The notes under the pieces were generated by a model, which was not told the origin of the DNA, did no database searches, and saw only the letters and a program-made list of their open reading frames with translations. The translations under genes were made by a program, and so were the position numbers. From Balanoglossus misakiensis (lineage: Eukaryota; Animalia; Hemichordata), in contig CM082595.2 of the NCBI GenBank assembly GCA_040954595.2, positions 10,033,918 through 10,097,917 on the forward strand: 64,000 bases of DNA. The letters run 5' to 3'. This document shows, in pieces, positions 11,714 through 26,700 of the stretch (positions within the stretch are counted from its first letter, which is position 1; each line of letters begins with the position of its first letter).

Positions 11714-14700
11714 TTGCGTTTTACCAAATTTTCCTTGAAAATGTCATTTTTAGAAGAAAAAAATAAAAAACCTTTGTTCTTCGAATTTAGTGCCTGATCA
11801 TATATGACATGTTGATTGTATGTTAAAACTTTCGACCACTCTAAAAATGCTGAGATATTGACGGAATTCAAGAAAAAATAGCCATTTTGGCCATATTTTG
11901 ACAAAAATGGTAAATTTTTAAAAAATCATACAAAATTAACTCTTTTCTTCATTTTCGGAAATATTATAGAGCATGAAGTGTCGTTCTCTTGTAAAAAGTG
12001 CTGCAAATTCCAGAAAAGGCGGTATAATTTGAATCACCCAAGACAAAATTACCATTTTCGACTTTTTTTCGAAATATTGTTTTTTTACAAAATAAATAAG
12101 AATAAATTCTTTTCTTAGTTCCAAACGGGTAGAGATACTTTCCACACGGATTTCTAACATTGAATTCCCGTTCATCAACTCAGATTTCCTACAAGTCGGC
12201 TAAAACCCTGACACTCTAGAACAGAAACAGTTGCACACTGGTAACGTTGAACAAGTCGATTTTTCTACGGCCTGGCTCGGCTAAATCTCCGTCACAATAT
12301 GACAGACACTAGCGTAGGTTAGCAACGGTGATCAAGTCAGATTTTCTACGGCATGGCTTGGATAAAGCCCCGGCACTCCAGAGCAGAAACACGCGTACAG
12401 AGACCACGTTGATCAAGTCTGATCTCCTACGGCTTGGTTCGACTAAAACCCCGGCACACTATGACAGACACTAGCGTTCGTTAGCAACGGTGATCAAGTC
12501 AGATTTTCTACGGCATGGCTTGGCTAAAGCCCTGGCACTCTAGAGCAGAAACACGCGTACAGAGACCACGTTGATCTACTCACATTTCCTACGGCGTGAC
12601 TCCGCTGGTGCCCCGGCACTATATATAGGACACAAACTGGCGTAAGTTAACAACGGTAATCACGTCGGGTTTCCTACGGCCTGGCTCAGCTGAAGCCCCG
12701 GCTCTCTAGAGCAGAAACAGGCGTACATTGACCACGATGATCAAGTCAGATCTCCTACGGCTTGGCTCGACTAAAACCCCGGCACACTATGACAGACACT
12801 AGCGTTCGTTAGCAACGTTGATCAATTCAGATTTCCTACGGCATGGCTTGGCTAAAGCCCTGGCATTCTAGAGCAGAAACACGCGTACAGAGACCACATT
12901 GATCTACTCACATTTCCTTAGGCCTGGCACGGCTGATGCCCCGCACTATATATAGGACACAGACTGGCGTAAGTTAACAGCGGTAATCACGTCGGGTTTC
13001 CTACGGCCTAGCTCAGCTGAAGCCCCGGCACTCTAGAGCAGAAACAGGCGTACATTGACCACGTTGATCAAATTAGATTCCTACGGCGTGACTCGGCTGG
13101 TGCACCGGCTCTATATGACACAGACTGGCGTAAGTTATCAACGGTGATTACGTCGGATTTCCTACGGCCTGGTTTAGCTGAAGCCCCGGCACTTTAGAGC
13201 GGAAACACGCGTACATTGACCACGATGATCCAGTCAGATCTCCTACGGCCTGGCTCGACTAAAACCCCGGCACACCATGACAGACACTAGCGTTCGTTAG
13301 CAACGGTGATCAAGTCTGATTTCCTTCGGCCTGGCTCTGCAAAACACCCGACACTCTAGTACAAAGACGTTGGCTAAGTCGGGCAAACCGAAGAGGGAAA
13401 GTCACAGCGGGTCAACACTCGACATTTGTTCCGGTAGGACTACATTATTGCCTGTCAATTTATAGAGAAAGCCCGAATTTAACCAGGGCGTTTCAAACAC
13501 CGACGTTAGTTGTGGGCACGGCCTGCAGTACTGACGGGTAAGCTGACATCGGCGTACCGCATTTAATGTAGGGGGGGGGGGAACAGAACGGTTCAATACT
13601 ATATTTATTAGATATCAGCTACTTTTGGACAATCATCTAAAATCTAAATCATTTTTTCATATTTGGATATCTGATGATGTATGAAATTTCCATTATATGT
13701 AAAAATGGTGCTGATTTTAAAAAATGCACTCTGAATGAGCTGATTTAATACAAAATTGCGTTTTATTCGTTTTTGCACCAAAAAGGTCATTTTTAGGGAA
13801 AACATTCTTTATTCTTTAAATTCGGTGACCTGATCATATATAAACAATTGCTTGTATGTTAAAAGTTTTAATGACTTTTAAAAGCAGTGACACTGGCGGC
13901 ATTCAACACGAAAATAACAATTTTAGCCACAATTCGGTCAAAATGGTAAATTTTTGAAAATTACAAAAAATACCTGTTTTCTACATTTTCGGAAATCTGA
14001 TGGAGTATAGAATGCTCTTCGTATACATATATCGATACAAATTCCACAAAAAAACGGCCAATTTGGCTCACTGCAGACAAAATTGCGTTTTACCAAATTT
14101 TCCTTGAAAATGTCATTTTTAGAAAAAAAAAATAAAAAAAACCTTTGTTCTTCGAATTTGGTGCCCTGATCATATATGACATGTTGATTGTATGTTAAAA
14201 CTTTCGACCACTCCAAAAATGCAGAGATATTGACGGAATTCAAGAAAAAATAGCCATTTTGGCCATATTTTGACAAAAATGGTAAATTTTTAAAAAATCA
14301 TAAAAAATTAACTCTTTTCTTCATTTTCGGAAATATTATGGAGCATGAAGTGTCGTTCTCTTGTAAAAAGTGCTGCAAATTCCAGAAAAGGCGGTATAAT
14401 TTGAATCACCCATGACAAAATTACCATTTTCGACTTTTTTTCGAAAAATTGTGATTTTTACAAAATAAATAAGAATAAATTATTTTCTTAGTTTCAAAAG
14501 GGTAGAGACACTTTCCACACAGGTTTGTTAACATTGAATTCCCATTCATCAACTCAGATTTCCTACAGCATAAGTCGGCTAAAACCCTGACACTCTAGAG
14601 CAGAAACAGTTGCACAATGGTAACGTTGAACAAGTCGATTTTTCTACGGCCTGGCTCGGCTAAATCTCCGTCACAATATGACAGACACTAGCGTTCGTTA

Positions 14701-17700
14701 GCAACGTTGATCAAGTCAGATTTCCTACGGCATGGCTTGGCTAAAGCCCTGGCAGTCTAGAGCAGAAACACGCGTACAGAAACCACGTTGATCTACTCAC
14801 ATTTCCTTCGGCCTGGCACGGCTGATGCCCCGGCAGTATATATAGGACACAGACTTGCGTAAGTTAACAACGGTAATCACGTCGGGTTTCCTACGGCCTG
14901 GCTCAGCTGAAGCCCCGGCAGTCTAGAGCAGAAACAGGCGTACATTGACCACGTTGATCAAGTAAGATTTCCTACGGCGTGACTCGGCTGGTGCACCGGC
15001 TCTATATGACACAGACTGGCGTAAGTTATCAACGGTGATTACGTCGGATTTCCTACGGCATGGTTTAGCTGAAGCCCCGGCACTTTAGAGCGGAAACACG
15101 CGTACATTGACCACGGTGATCAAGTCAGATCTCCTACGGCCTGGCTCGACTAAAACCCCGGCACACCATGACAGACACTAGCGTTCGTTAGCAACGGTGA
15201 TCAAGTCGGATTTCCTTCGGCCTGGCTCTGCAAAAGACCCGACACATTAGTACAATGACGTTGGCTAAGTCGGGCAAACCGAAGAGGGAAAGTCACAGCG
15301 GGTCAACACTCGACATTTGTTCGGGTAGGACTGCATTATTGCCTGTCAATTTATAGAGAAAGCCCGAATTTAACCAGGGCGTTTCAAACACCGACGTTAT
15401 TTGGGGGCACGGCCTGCAGTACTGCCGGGTAAGCTGACATCGGCGTACCGCATATAATGTAGGGGGGGGGGGGGGACAGAACGGTTCAATACTACATTTA
15501 TTAGATATCAGCTAATTTTGGACAATCATCTAAAATCTAAATCATTTTTTCATATTTGGATATCTGATGATGTATGAAATTTCCAATATATGTAAAAATG
15601 GTGCTGATTATAAAAAATGCACTCTGAATGAGCTGATTTAATACAAAATTGCGTTTTATTCGTTTTTGCACCAAAAAGGTCATTTTTAGGCAAAACATTC
15701 TTTATTTTTTTAATTCGGTGGCCTGATCATATATAAGCAATTGCTTGCATGTTAAAAGTTTTTATGACATTTAAAAGCAGTGACACTGGCGGCATTCAAC
15801 ACGAAAATAACAATTTAACCACAATTTGGTCAAAATGGTAAATTTTTGAAAATTACAAAAAATACCTGTTTTCTACATTTTCGGAAATCTGATGGAGTAT
15901 AGAATGCTCTTCGTATATATATATCGATACAAATTCCACAAAAGACCGTCTAATTTGGCTCACTGCAGACAAAATTGCGTTTTACCAAATTTTCCTTGAA
16001 AATGTCATTTTTAGAAAAAAAAATAAAAAAAACCTTTGTTCTTCGAATTTGGTGCCCCGATCATATATGACATGTTGATTGTATGTTAAAAGTTTCGACC
16101 ACTCCAAAAATGCAGAGATATTGACGGAATTCAAGAAAAAATAGCCATTTTGGCCATATTTTGACAAAAATGGTAAAATTTTAAAAAATCATAAAAAATT
16201 AACTCTTTTCTTCATTTTCGGAAATATTATGGAGCATGAAGTGTCGTTCTCTTGTAAAAAGTGCTGCAAATTCCAGAAAAGGTGGTATAATTTGAATCAC
16301 CCAAGACAAAATTACCATTTTCGCCTTTGTTTCGAAAAAATTGTCTTTTTTACAAAATAAATAAGAATAAATTCTTTTCTTAGTTTCAAACGGGTAGAGA
16401 TACTTTCCACACGGGTTTTCTAACATTGAATTCGCGTTCATCAACTCTGATTTCCTACAGCATAAATCGGCTTAAACCCTGACACTCTAGAGCAGAAACA
16501 GTTGCACACTGGTAACGTTGAACAAGTCGATTTTTTACGGCCTGGCTCGGCTAAATCTCCGTCACAATATGACAGACACTAGCGTACGTTAGCAACGGTG
16601 ATCAAGTCAGATTTTCTACGGCATGGCTTGGATAAAGCCCCGGCACTCAAGAGCAGAAACACGCGTACAGAGACCACGTTGATCAAGTCTGATCTCCTAC
16701 GGCTTGGCTCGATTAAAACCCCGGCACACTATGACAGACACTAGCGTTCGCTAGCAACGTTGATCAAGTCAGATTTCCTACGGCATGGCTTTGCTAAAGC
16801 CCTGACACTCTAGAGCAGAAACACGCGTACAGAGACCACGTTGATCTACTCACATTTCCTTCGGCCTGGCACGGCTGATGCCCCGGCACTATATATAGGA
16901 CACAGACTGGCGTAAGTTAACAACTGTAATCACGTCGGGTTTCCTACGGCCTGGCTCAGCTGAAGCCCCGGCACTCTAGAGCAGAAACAGGCGTACATTG
17001 ACCACGTTGATCAAGTCAGATTTCCTACGGCGTGACTCGGCTGGTGCACCGGCTCTATATGACACAGACTGGCGTAAGTTATCAACGGTGATTACGTCGG
17101 ATTTCCTACGGCCTGGTTTAGCTGAAGCCCCGGCACTTTAGAGCGGAAACACGCGTACATTGACCACGATGATCAAGTCAGATCTCCTACGGCCTGGCTC
17201 GACTAAAACCCCGGCACACCATGACAGACACTAGCGTTCGTTAGCAACGGTGATCAAGTCGGATTTCCTTCGGCCTGGCTCTGCAAAAGACCCGACACTC
17301 TAGTACAAAGACATCGGCTAAGTCGGGCAAACCGAAGAGGGAAAGTCACAGCGTGTCAACACTCGACATTTGTTCGGGTAGGACTGCATTATTGCCTGTC
17401 AACTTATAGAGAAAGCCCGAATTTAACCAGGGCGTTTCAAACACCAACGTTAGGTGGGGGCACGGCCTGCAGTACTGCCGGGTAAGCTGACATCGGCGTA
17501 CCGCATATAATGTAGGGGAGGGGGGGGGAACAGAACGGTTCAATACTACATTTATTAGATATCAGCTAATTTTGGACAATCATCTAAAATCTAAATCATT
17601 TTTTCATATTTGGATATCTGGTGATGTATGAAATTTCCATTATATGTAAAAATGGTGCTGATTATAAAAAAATGCACTCTGAATGAGGTTATTTAATACA

Positions 17701-20700
17701 AAATTGCGTTTTATTCGTTTTTGCACCAAAAAGGTCATTTTTAGGCCAAACATTCTTTATTTTTTTTAATTCGGTGACCTGATCATATATAAACAATTGC
17801 TTGTATGTTAAAAGCTTTTATGACTTTTAAAAGCAGTGACACTGGCGGCATTCAACACGAAAATAACAATTTTAGCCATAATTTGGTCAAAATGGTAAAT
17901 TTTTGAAAATTACAAAAAATACCTGTTTTCTACATTTTCGGAAATCTGATGGAGTATAGAATGCTCTTCGTATGTATATATCGATACAAATTCCACAAAA
18001 GACAATCTAATTTGGCTCACTGCAGACAAAATTGCGTTTTACCAAATTTTCCTTGAAAATGTCATTTTTAGAAAAAAAATAAGAATAAATTCTTTTCTTA
18101 GTTTCAAACGGGTAGAGATACTTTCCACACGGGTTTTCTAACATTGAATTCGCGTTCATCAACTCTGATTTCCTACAGCATAAATCGGCTAAAACCCTGA
18201 CACTCTAGAGCAGAAACAGTTGCACACTGGTAACGTTGAACAAGTCGATTTTTTACGGCCTGGCTCGGCTAAATCTCCGTCACAATATGACAGACACTAG
18301 CGTACGTTAGCAACGGTGATCAAGTCAGATTTTCTACGGCATGGCTTGGATAAAGCCCCGGCACTCAAGAGCAGAAACACGCGTACAGAGACCACGTTGA
18401 TCAAGTCTGATCTCCTACGGCTTGGCTCGATTAAAACCCCGGCACACTATGACAGACACTAGCGTTCGCTAGCAACGTTGATCAAGTCAGATTTCCTACG
18501 GCATGGCTTTGCTAAAGCCCTGACACTCTAGAGCAGAAACACGCGTACAGAGACCACGTTGATCTACTCACATTTCCTTCGGCCTGGCACGGCTGATGCC
18601 CCGGCACTATATATAGGACACAGACTGGCGTAAGTTAACAACTGTAATCACGTCGGGTTTCCTACGGCCTGGCTCAGCTGAAGCCCCGGCACTCTAGAGC
18701 AGAAACAGGCGTACATTGACCACGTTGATCAAGTCAGATTTCCTACGGCGTGACTCGGCTGGAGCACCGGCTCTATATGACACAGACTGGCGTAAGTTAT
18801 CAACGGTGATTACGTCGGATTTCCTACGGCCTGGTTTAGCTGAAGCCCCGGCACTTTAGAGCGGAAACACGCGTACATTGACCACGATGATCAAGTCAGA
18901 TCTCCTACGGCCTGGCTCGACTAAAACCCCGGCACACCATGACAGACACTAGCGTTCGTTAGCAACGGTGATCAAGTCGGATTTCCTTCGGCCTGGCTCT
19001 GCAAAAGACCCGACACTCTAGTACAAAGACATCGGCTAAGTCGGGCAAACCGAAGAGGGAAAGTCACAGCGTGTCAACACTCGACATTTGTTCGGGTAGG
19101 ACTGCATTATTGCCTGTCAACTTATAGAGAAAGCCCGAATTTAACCAGGGCGTTTCAAACACCAACGTTAGGTGGGGGCACGGCCTGCAGTACTGCCGGG
19201 TAAGCTGACATCGGCGTACCGCATATAATGTAGGGGAGGGGGGGGGGAACAGAACGGTTCAATACTACATTTATTAGATATCAGCTAATTTTGGACAATC
19301 ATCTAAAATCTAAATCATTTTTTCATATTTGGATATCTGGTGATGTATGAAATTTCCATTATATGTAAAAATGGTGCTGATTATAAAAAAATGCACTCTG
19401 AATGAGGTTATTTAATACAAAATTGCGTTTTATTCGTTTTTGCACCAAAAAGGTCATTTTTAGGCCAAACATTCTTTATTTTTTTTAATTCGGTGACCTG
19501 ATCATATATAAACAATTGCTTGTATGTTAAAAGCTTTTATGACTTTTAAAAGCAGTGACACTGGCGGCATTCAACACGAAAATAACAATTTTAGCCATAA
19601 TTTGGTCAAAATGGTAAATTTTTGAAAATTACAAAAAATACCTGTTTTCTACATTTTCGGAAATCTGATGGAGTATAGAATGCTCTTCGTATGTATATAT
19701 CGATACAAATTCCACAAGAGACAATCTAATTTGGCTCACTGCAGACAAAATTGCGTTTTACCAAATTTTCCTTGAAAATGTCATTTTTAGAAAAAAAATA
19801 AGAATAAATTCTTTTCTTAGTTTCAAACGGGTAGAGATACTTTCTACACGGGTTTTCTAACATTGAATTCCCGTTCATCAACTCAGATTTCCTACAGCAT
19901 AAGTCGGCTAAAACCCTGAGACTTTAGAGCAGAAACAGTTGCACACTGGTAACGTTGAACAAGTCGATTTTTCTACGGCCTGGCTCGGCTAAATCTCCGT
20001 CACAATATGACAGACACTATCGTACGTTAGCAACGCTGATCAAGTCAGATTTTCTACGGCATGGCTTGGATAAAGCCCCGGCACTCTAGAGCAGAAACAC
20101 GCGTACAGAGACCACGTTGATCTACTCACATTTCCTTCGGCCTGGCACGGCTGATGCCCCGGCACTATATATAGGACACAGACTGGCGTAAGTTAACAAC
20201 GGTAATCACGTCGGGTTTCCTACGGCCTGGCTCAGATGAAGCCCCGGCACTCTAGAGCAGAAAGAGGCGTACAGTGACCACGTTGATCAAGTCAGATTTC
20301 CTACGGCGTGACTCGGCTGGTTCTCCGGCTCTATATGACACAGACTGGCGTAAGTTATCAACGGTGATTACGTCGGATTTCCTACGGCATGGTTTAGCTG
20401 AAGCCCCGGCACTTCAGAGCGGAAACACGCGTACATTGACCACGATGATCAAGTCAGATCTCCTACGGCCTGACTCGACTAAAACCCCGGCACACCATGA
20501 CAGACACTAGCGTTCGTTAGCAACGGTGATCAAGTCGGATTTCCTTCGGCCTGGCTCTGCAAAAGACCCGACACATTAGTACAGAGACGTTGGCTAAGTC
20601 GGGCAAACCGAAGAGGGAAAGTCACAGCGGGTCAACACTCGACATTTGTTCGGGTAGGACTGCATTATTGCCTGTCAATTTATAGAGAAAGCCCGAATTT

Positions 20701-23700
20701 AACCAGGGCGTTTCAAACACCGACGTTATTTGGGGGCACGGCCTGCAGTACTGCCGGGTAAGCTGACATCGGCGTACCGCATATAATGTAGGGGGGGGGG
20801 GGGGGACAGAACGGTTCAATACTACATTTATTAGATATCAGCTAATTTTGGACAATCATCTAAAATCTAAATCATTTTTTCATATTTGGATATCTGATGA
20901 TGTATGAAATTTCCATTATATGTAAAAATGGTGCTTATTATAAAAAAATGCACTCTGAATGAGGTTATTTAATACAAAATTGCGTTTTATTCGTTTTTGC
21001 ACCAAAAAGGTCATTTTTAGGCAAAACATTCTTTATATTTTTAATTCGGTGACCTGATCATATATAAACAATTGCTTGTATGTTAAAAGTTTTTATGACT
21101 TTTAAAAGCAGTGACACTGGCGGCATTCATCACGAAAATAACAATTTTAGCCACAATTTGGTCAAAATGGTAAATTTTTGAAAATTACAAAAAATACCTG
21201 TTTTCTACATTTTCGGAAATCTGATGGAGTATAGAATGCTCTTCGTATGTATATATCGATACAAATTCCACAAAAGACCGTCTAATTTGGCTCACTGCAG
21301 ACAAAATTGCGTTTTACCAAATTTTCCTTGAAAATGTCATTTTTAGAAAAAAAAATAAAAAAACCTTTGTTCTTCGAATTTGGTGCCCTGATCATATATG
21401 ACATGTTGATTGTATGTTAAAACTTTCGACCACTCCAAAAATGCAGAGATATTGACGGAATTCAAGAAAAATAGCCATTTTGGCCATATTTTGACAAAAA
21501 TGGTAAATTTTTGAAAAATCATAAAAAATTAACTCTTTTCTTCATTTTCGGAAATATTATGGAGCATGAAGTGTCGTTCTCTTGCAAAAAGTGCTGCAAA
21601 TTCCAGAAAAGGCGGTATAATTTGAATCACCCAAGACAAAATTACCATTTTCAACTTTTTTTCGAAAAATTGTCTTTTTTTACAAAATAAATAAGAATAA
21701 ATTCTTTTCTTAGTTTCAAACGGGTAGAGATACTTTCCACACGGGTTTTCTAACATTGAATTCCCGTTCATCAACTCTGATTTCCTACAGCATAAGTCGG
21801 CTAAAACCCTGACACTCTAGAGCAGAAACAGTTGCACACTGGTAACGTTGAACAAGTCGATTTTTCTACGACCTGGCTCGGCTAAATCTCCGTCACAATA
21901 TGACAGACACTAGCGTACGTTAGCAACGGTGATCAAGTCAGATTTTCTACGGCATGGCTTGGATAAAGCCCCGGCACTCTAGAGCAGAAACACGCGTACA
22001 GAGACCACGTTGATCAAGTCTGATCTCCTACGGCCTGGCTCGACTAAAACCCCGGCACACTATGACAGACACTAGCGTTCGTTAGCAACTTTGATCAAGT
22101 CAGATTTCCTACGGCATGGCTTAACTAAAGCCCTGGCACTCTAGAGCAGAAACACGCGTACAGAGACCACGTTGATCTACTCACATTTCCTTCGGCCTGG
22201 CACGGCTGATGCCCCGGCACTATATATAGGACACAGACTGGCGTAAGTTAACAACGGTAATCACGTCGGGTTTTCTTACGGCCTGGCTCAGCTGAAGCCC
22301 CGGCACTCTAGAGCAGAAACAGGCGTACATTGACCACGTTGATCAAGTCAGATTTCCTACGGCGTGACTCGGCTGGTGCACCGGCTCTATATGACACAGA
22401 CTGGCGTAAGTTATCAACGGTGATTACGTCGGATTTCCTACGGCCTGATTTAGCTGAAGCCCCGGCACTTTAGAGCGGAAACACGCGTACATTGACCACG
22501 ATGATCAAGTCAGATCTCCTACGGCCTGGCTCGACTAAAACCCCGGCACACAATGACAGACACTAGCGTTCGTTAGCAACGGTGATCAAGTCGGATTTCC
22601 TTCGGCCTGGCTCTGCAAAAGACCCGACACTCTAGTACAAAGACGTTGGCTAAGTCGGGCAAACCGAACAGGGAAAGTCGCAGCGGGTCAACACTTGACA
22701 TTTGTTCCGGTAGGACTGCATTATTGCCTGTCGATTTATAGAGAGAGCCCGAATTTAACCAGGGCGTTTCAAACACCGACGTTTGTTGGGGGCACGGCCT
22801 ACAGTACTGCCGGGTAAGCTGACATCGGCGTACCGCATATAATGTAAAGGGGGGGGGGGGGGGGGGGGCAGAACGGTTCAATACTACATTTATTAGATAT
22901 CAGCTAATTTTGGACAATCATCTAAAATCTAAATCATTTTTTCATATTTGGATATCTGATGATGTATGAAATTTCCATTATATGTAAAATTGGTGCTTAT
23001 TATAAAACATGCACTCTGAATGAACTGATTTAATACAAGATTGCGTTTTATTCGTTTTTGCACCAAAAAGGTCATTTTTAGGCAAAACATTCTTTATATT
23101 TTTAATTCGGTGACCTGATCATATATAAACAATTGCTTGTATGTTAAAAGTTTTTATGACTTTTAAAAGCAGTGACACTGGCGGCATTCATCACGAAAAT
23201 AACAATTTTAGCCACAATTTGGTCAAAATGGTAAATTTTTGAAAATTACAAAAAATACCTGTTTTCTACATTTTCGGAAATCTGATGGAGTATAGAATGC
23301 TCTTCGTATGTATATATCGATACAAATTCCACAAAAGACCGTCTAATTTGGCTCACTGCAGACAAAATTGCGTTTTACCAAATTTTCCTTGAAAATGTCA
23401 TTTTTAGAAAAAAAAATAAAAAAACCTTTGTTCTTCGAATTTGGTGCCCTGATCATATATGACATGTTGATTGTATGTTAAAACTCTCGACCACTCCAAA
23501 AATGCAGAGATATTGACTGAATTCAAGAAAAATAGCCATTTTGGCCATATTTTGACAAAAATGGTAAATTTTTGAAAAATCATAAAAAATTAACTCTTTT
23601 CTTCATTTTCGGAAATATTATGGAGCATGAAGTGTCGTTCTCTTGTAAAAAGTGCTGCAAATTCCAGAAAAGGCGGTATAATTTGAATCACCCAAGACAA

Positions 23701-26700
23701 AATTACCATTTTCGACTTTTTTTCGAAAAATTGTCTTTTTAACAAAATGAATAAGAATAAATTCTTTTCTTAGTTTCAAACGGGAGGAGATACTTTCCAC
23801 ACGGGTTTTCTAACATTGAATTCCCGTTCATCAACTCAGATTTCCTACAGCATAAGTCGGCTAAAACCCTGACACTCTAGAGCAGAAACAGTTGCACACT
23901 GGTAACGTTGAACAAGTCGATTTTTCTACGGCCTGGCTCGGCTAAATCTCCGTCACAATATGACAGACACTAGCGTACGTTAGCAACGGTGATCAAGTCA
24001 GATTTTCTACGGCATGGGTTGGATAAAGCCCCGGCACTCTAGAGCAGAAACACGCGTACAGAGACCACGTTGATCAAGTCTGATCTCCTACGGCTTGGCT
24101 CGACTAAAACCCCGGCACACTATGACAGACATTAGCGTTCGTTAGCAACGTTGATCAAGTCAGATTTCCTACGGCATGGCTTGGCTAAAGCCCTGGCACT
24201 CTAGAGCAGAAACACGCGTACAGAGACCACGTTGATCTACTCACATTTCCTTCGGCCTGGCACGGCTGATGCCCCGGCACTATATATAGGACACAAACTG
24301 GCGTAAGTTAACAACGGTAATCACGTCGGGTTTCCCACGGCCTGGCTCAGCTGAAGCCCCGGCACTCTAGAGCAGAAACAGGCGTACATTGACCACGTTG
24401 ATCAAGTAAGATTTCCTACGGCGTGACTCGGCTGGTGCATCGGCTCTATATGACACAGACTGGCGTAAAATATCAACGGTGATTACGTCGGATTTCCTAC
24501 GGCCTGGTTTAGCTGAAGCCCCAGCCCTTTAGAGCGGAAACACGCGTACATTGACCACGATGATCAAGTCAGATCTCCTACGGCCTGGCTCGACTAAAAC
24601 CCCGGCACACCATGACAGACACTAGCGTTCGTTAGCAACGGTGATCAAGTCTGATTTCCTTCGGCCTGGCTCTGCAAAAGACCCGACACTCTAGTACAAA
24701 GACGTTGGCTAAGTCGGGCAAACCGAACAGGGAAAGTCACAGCGGGTCAACACTCGACATTTGTTCCGGTAGGACTGCATTATTGCCTGTCAATTTATAG
24801 AGAAAGCCCGAATTTAACCAGGGCGTTTCAAACACCGACGTTAGTTGGGGGCACGGCCTGCAGTACTGCCGGGTAAGCTGACATCAGCGTACCGCATATA
24901 ATGTAGGGGGGGGGGGGGAACAGAACGGTTCAATACTACATTTATCAGATATCAGCTAATTTTTGACAATCATCTAAAATGTAAATCATCTTTTCATATT
25001 TGGATATCTGATGATGTATGAAATTTCCATTATATGTAAAAATGGTGCTGATTATAAAAATGCACTCTGAATGAGCTGATTTAATACAAAATTGCGTTTT
25101 ATTCGTTTTTGCACCAAAAAGGTCATTTTTAGTCAAAACATTCTTTATTTTTTTAATTCGGTGACCTTATCATATATAAACAATTGCTTGTATGTTAAAA
25201 TTTTTTATGACTTTTAAAAGCAATGACACTGGCGGCATTCAACACGAAAATAACAATTTTAGCCACAATTCGGTCAAAATGGTAAATTTTTGAAAATTAC
25301 AAACAATACCTGTTTTCTACATTTTCGGAAATCTGATGGAGTATAGAATGCTCTTCGTATGTATATATCGATACAAATTCCACAAAAGACCGTCTAATTT
25401 GGCTCACTGCAGACAAAATTGCGTTTTACCAAATTTTCCTTGAAAATGTCATTTTTAGAAAAAAAAATAAAAAACCTTTGTTCTTCGAATTTAGTGCCTG
25501 ATCATATATGACATGTTGATTGTATGTTAAAACTTTCGACCACTCCAAAAATGCTGAGATATTGACGGAATTCAAGAAAAAATAGCCATTTTGGCCATAT
25601 TTTGACAAAAATGGTAAATTTTTAAAAAATCATAAAAAATTAACTCTTTTCTTCATTTTCGGAAATATTATAGAGCATGAAGTGTCGTTCTCTTGTAAAA
25701 AGTGCTGCAAATTCCAGAAAAGGCGGTATAATTTGAATCACCCAAGACAAAATTACCATTTTCGACTTTTTTTCGAAATATTGTTTTTTTACAAAATAAA
25801 TAAGAATACATTCTTTTCTTAGTTCCAAACGGGTAGAGATACTTTCCACACGGATTTCTAACATTGAATTCCCGTTCATCAACTCAGATTTCCTACAGCA
25901 TAAGTCGGCTAAAACCCTGACACTCTAGAGCAGAAACAGTTGCACACTGGTAACGTTGAACAAGTCGATTTTTCTACGGCCTGGCTCGGCTAAATCTCCG
26001 TCACAATATGACAGACACTAGCGTCCGTTAGCAACGGTGATCAAGTCAGATTTTCTACGGCATGGCTTGGATAAAGCCCCGGCACTCTAGAGCAGAAACA
26101 CGCGTACAGAGACCACGTTGATCAAGTCTGATCTCCTACGGCTTGGCTCGACTAAAACCCCGGCACACTATGACAGACATTAGCGTTCGTTAGCAACGTT
26201 GATCAAGTCAGATTTCCTACGGCATGGCTTGGCTAAAGCCCTGGCACTCTAGAGCAGAAACACGCGTACAGAGACCACGTTGATCTACTCACATTTCCTT
26301 CGGCCTGGCACGGCTGATGCCCCGGCACTATATATAGGACACAAACTGGCGTAAGTTAACAACGGTAATCACGTCGGGTTTCCCACGGCCTGGCTCAGCT
26401 GAAGCCCCGGCACTCTAGAGCAGAAACAGGCGTACATTGACCACGTTGATCAAGTAAGATTTCCTACGGCGTGACTCGGCTGGTGCACCGGCTCTATATG
26501 ACACAGACTGGCGTAAGTTATCAACGGTGATTACGTCGGATTTCCTACGGCCTGGTGTAGCTGAAGCCCCGGCCCTTTAGAGTGGAAACACGCGTACATT
26601 GACCACGATAATCAAGTCAGATCTCCTACGGCCTGGCTCGACTAAAACCCCGGCACACCATGACAGACACTAGCGTTCGTTAGCAACGGTGATCAAGTCG

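Noticed and set aside
13640-13700. CTGATGA-TGTAT-GAAA, resembling a hammerhead ribozyme core, once per monomer
   Set aside because: No stem II can form, and stems I and III would be only a few weak A-U or G-U pairs with mismatches. Some copies read CTGGTGA, and the homologous internal repeats lack the motif. An Infernal or RNAMotif search would settle it.
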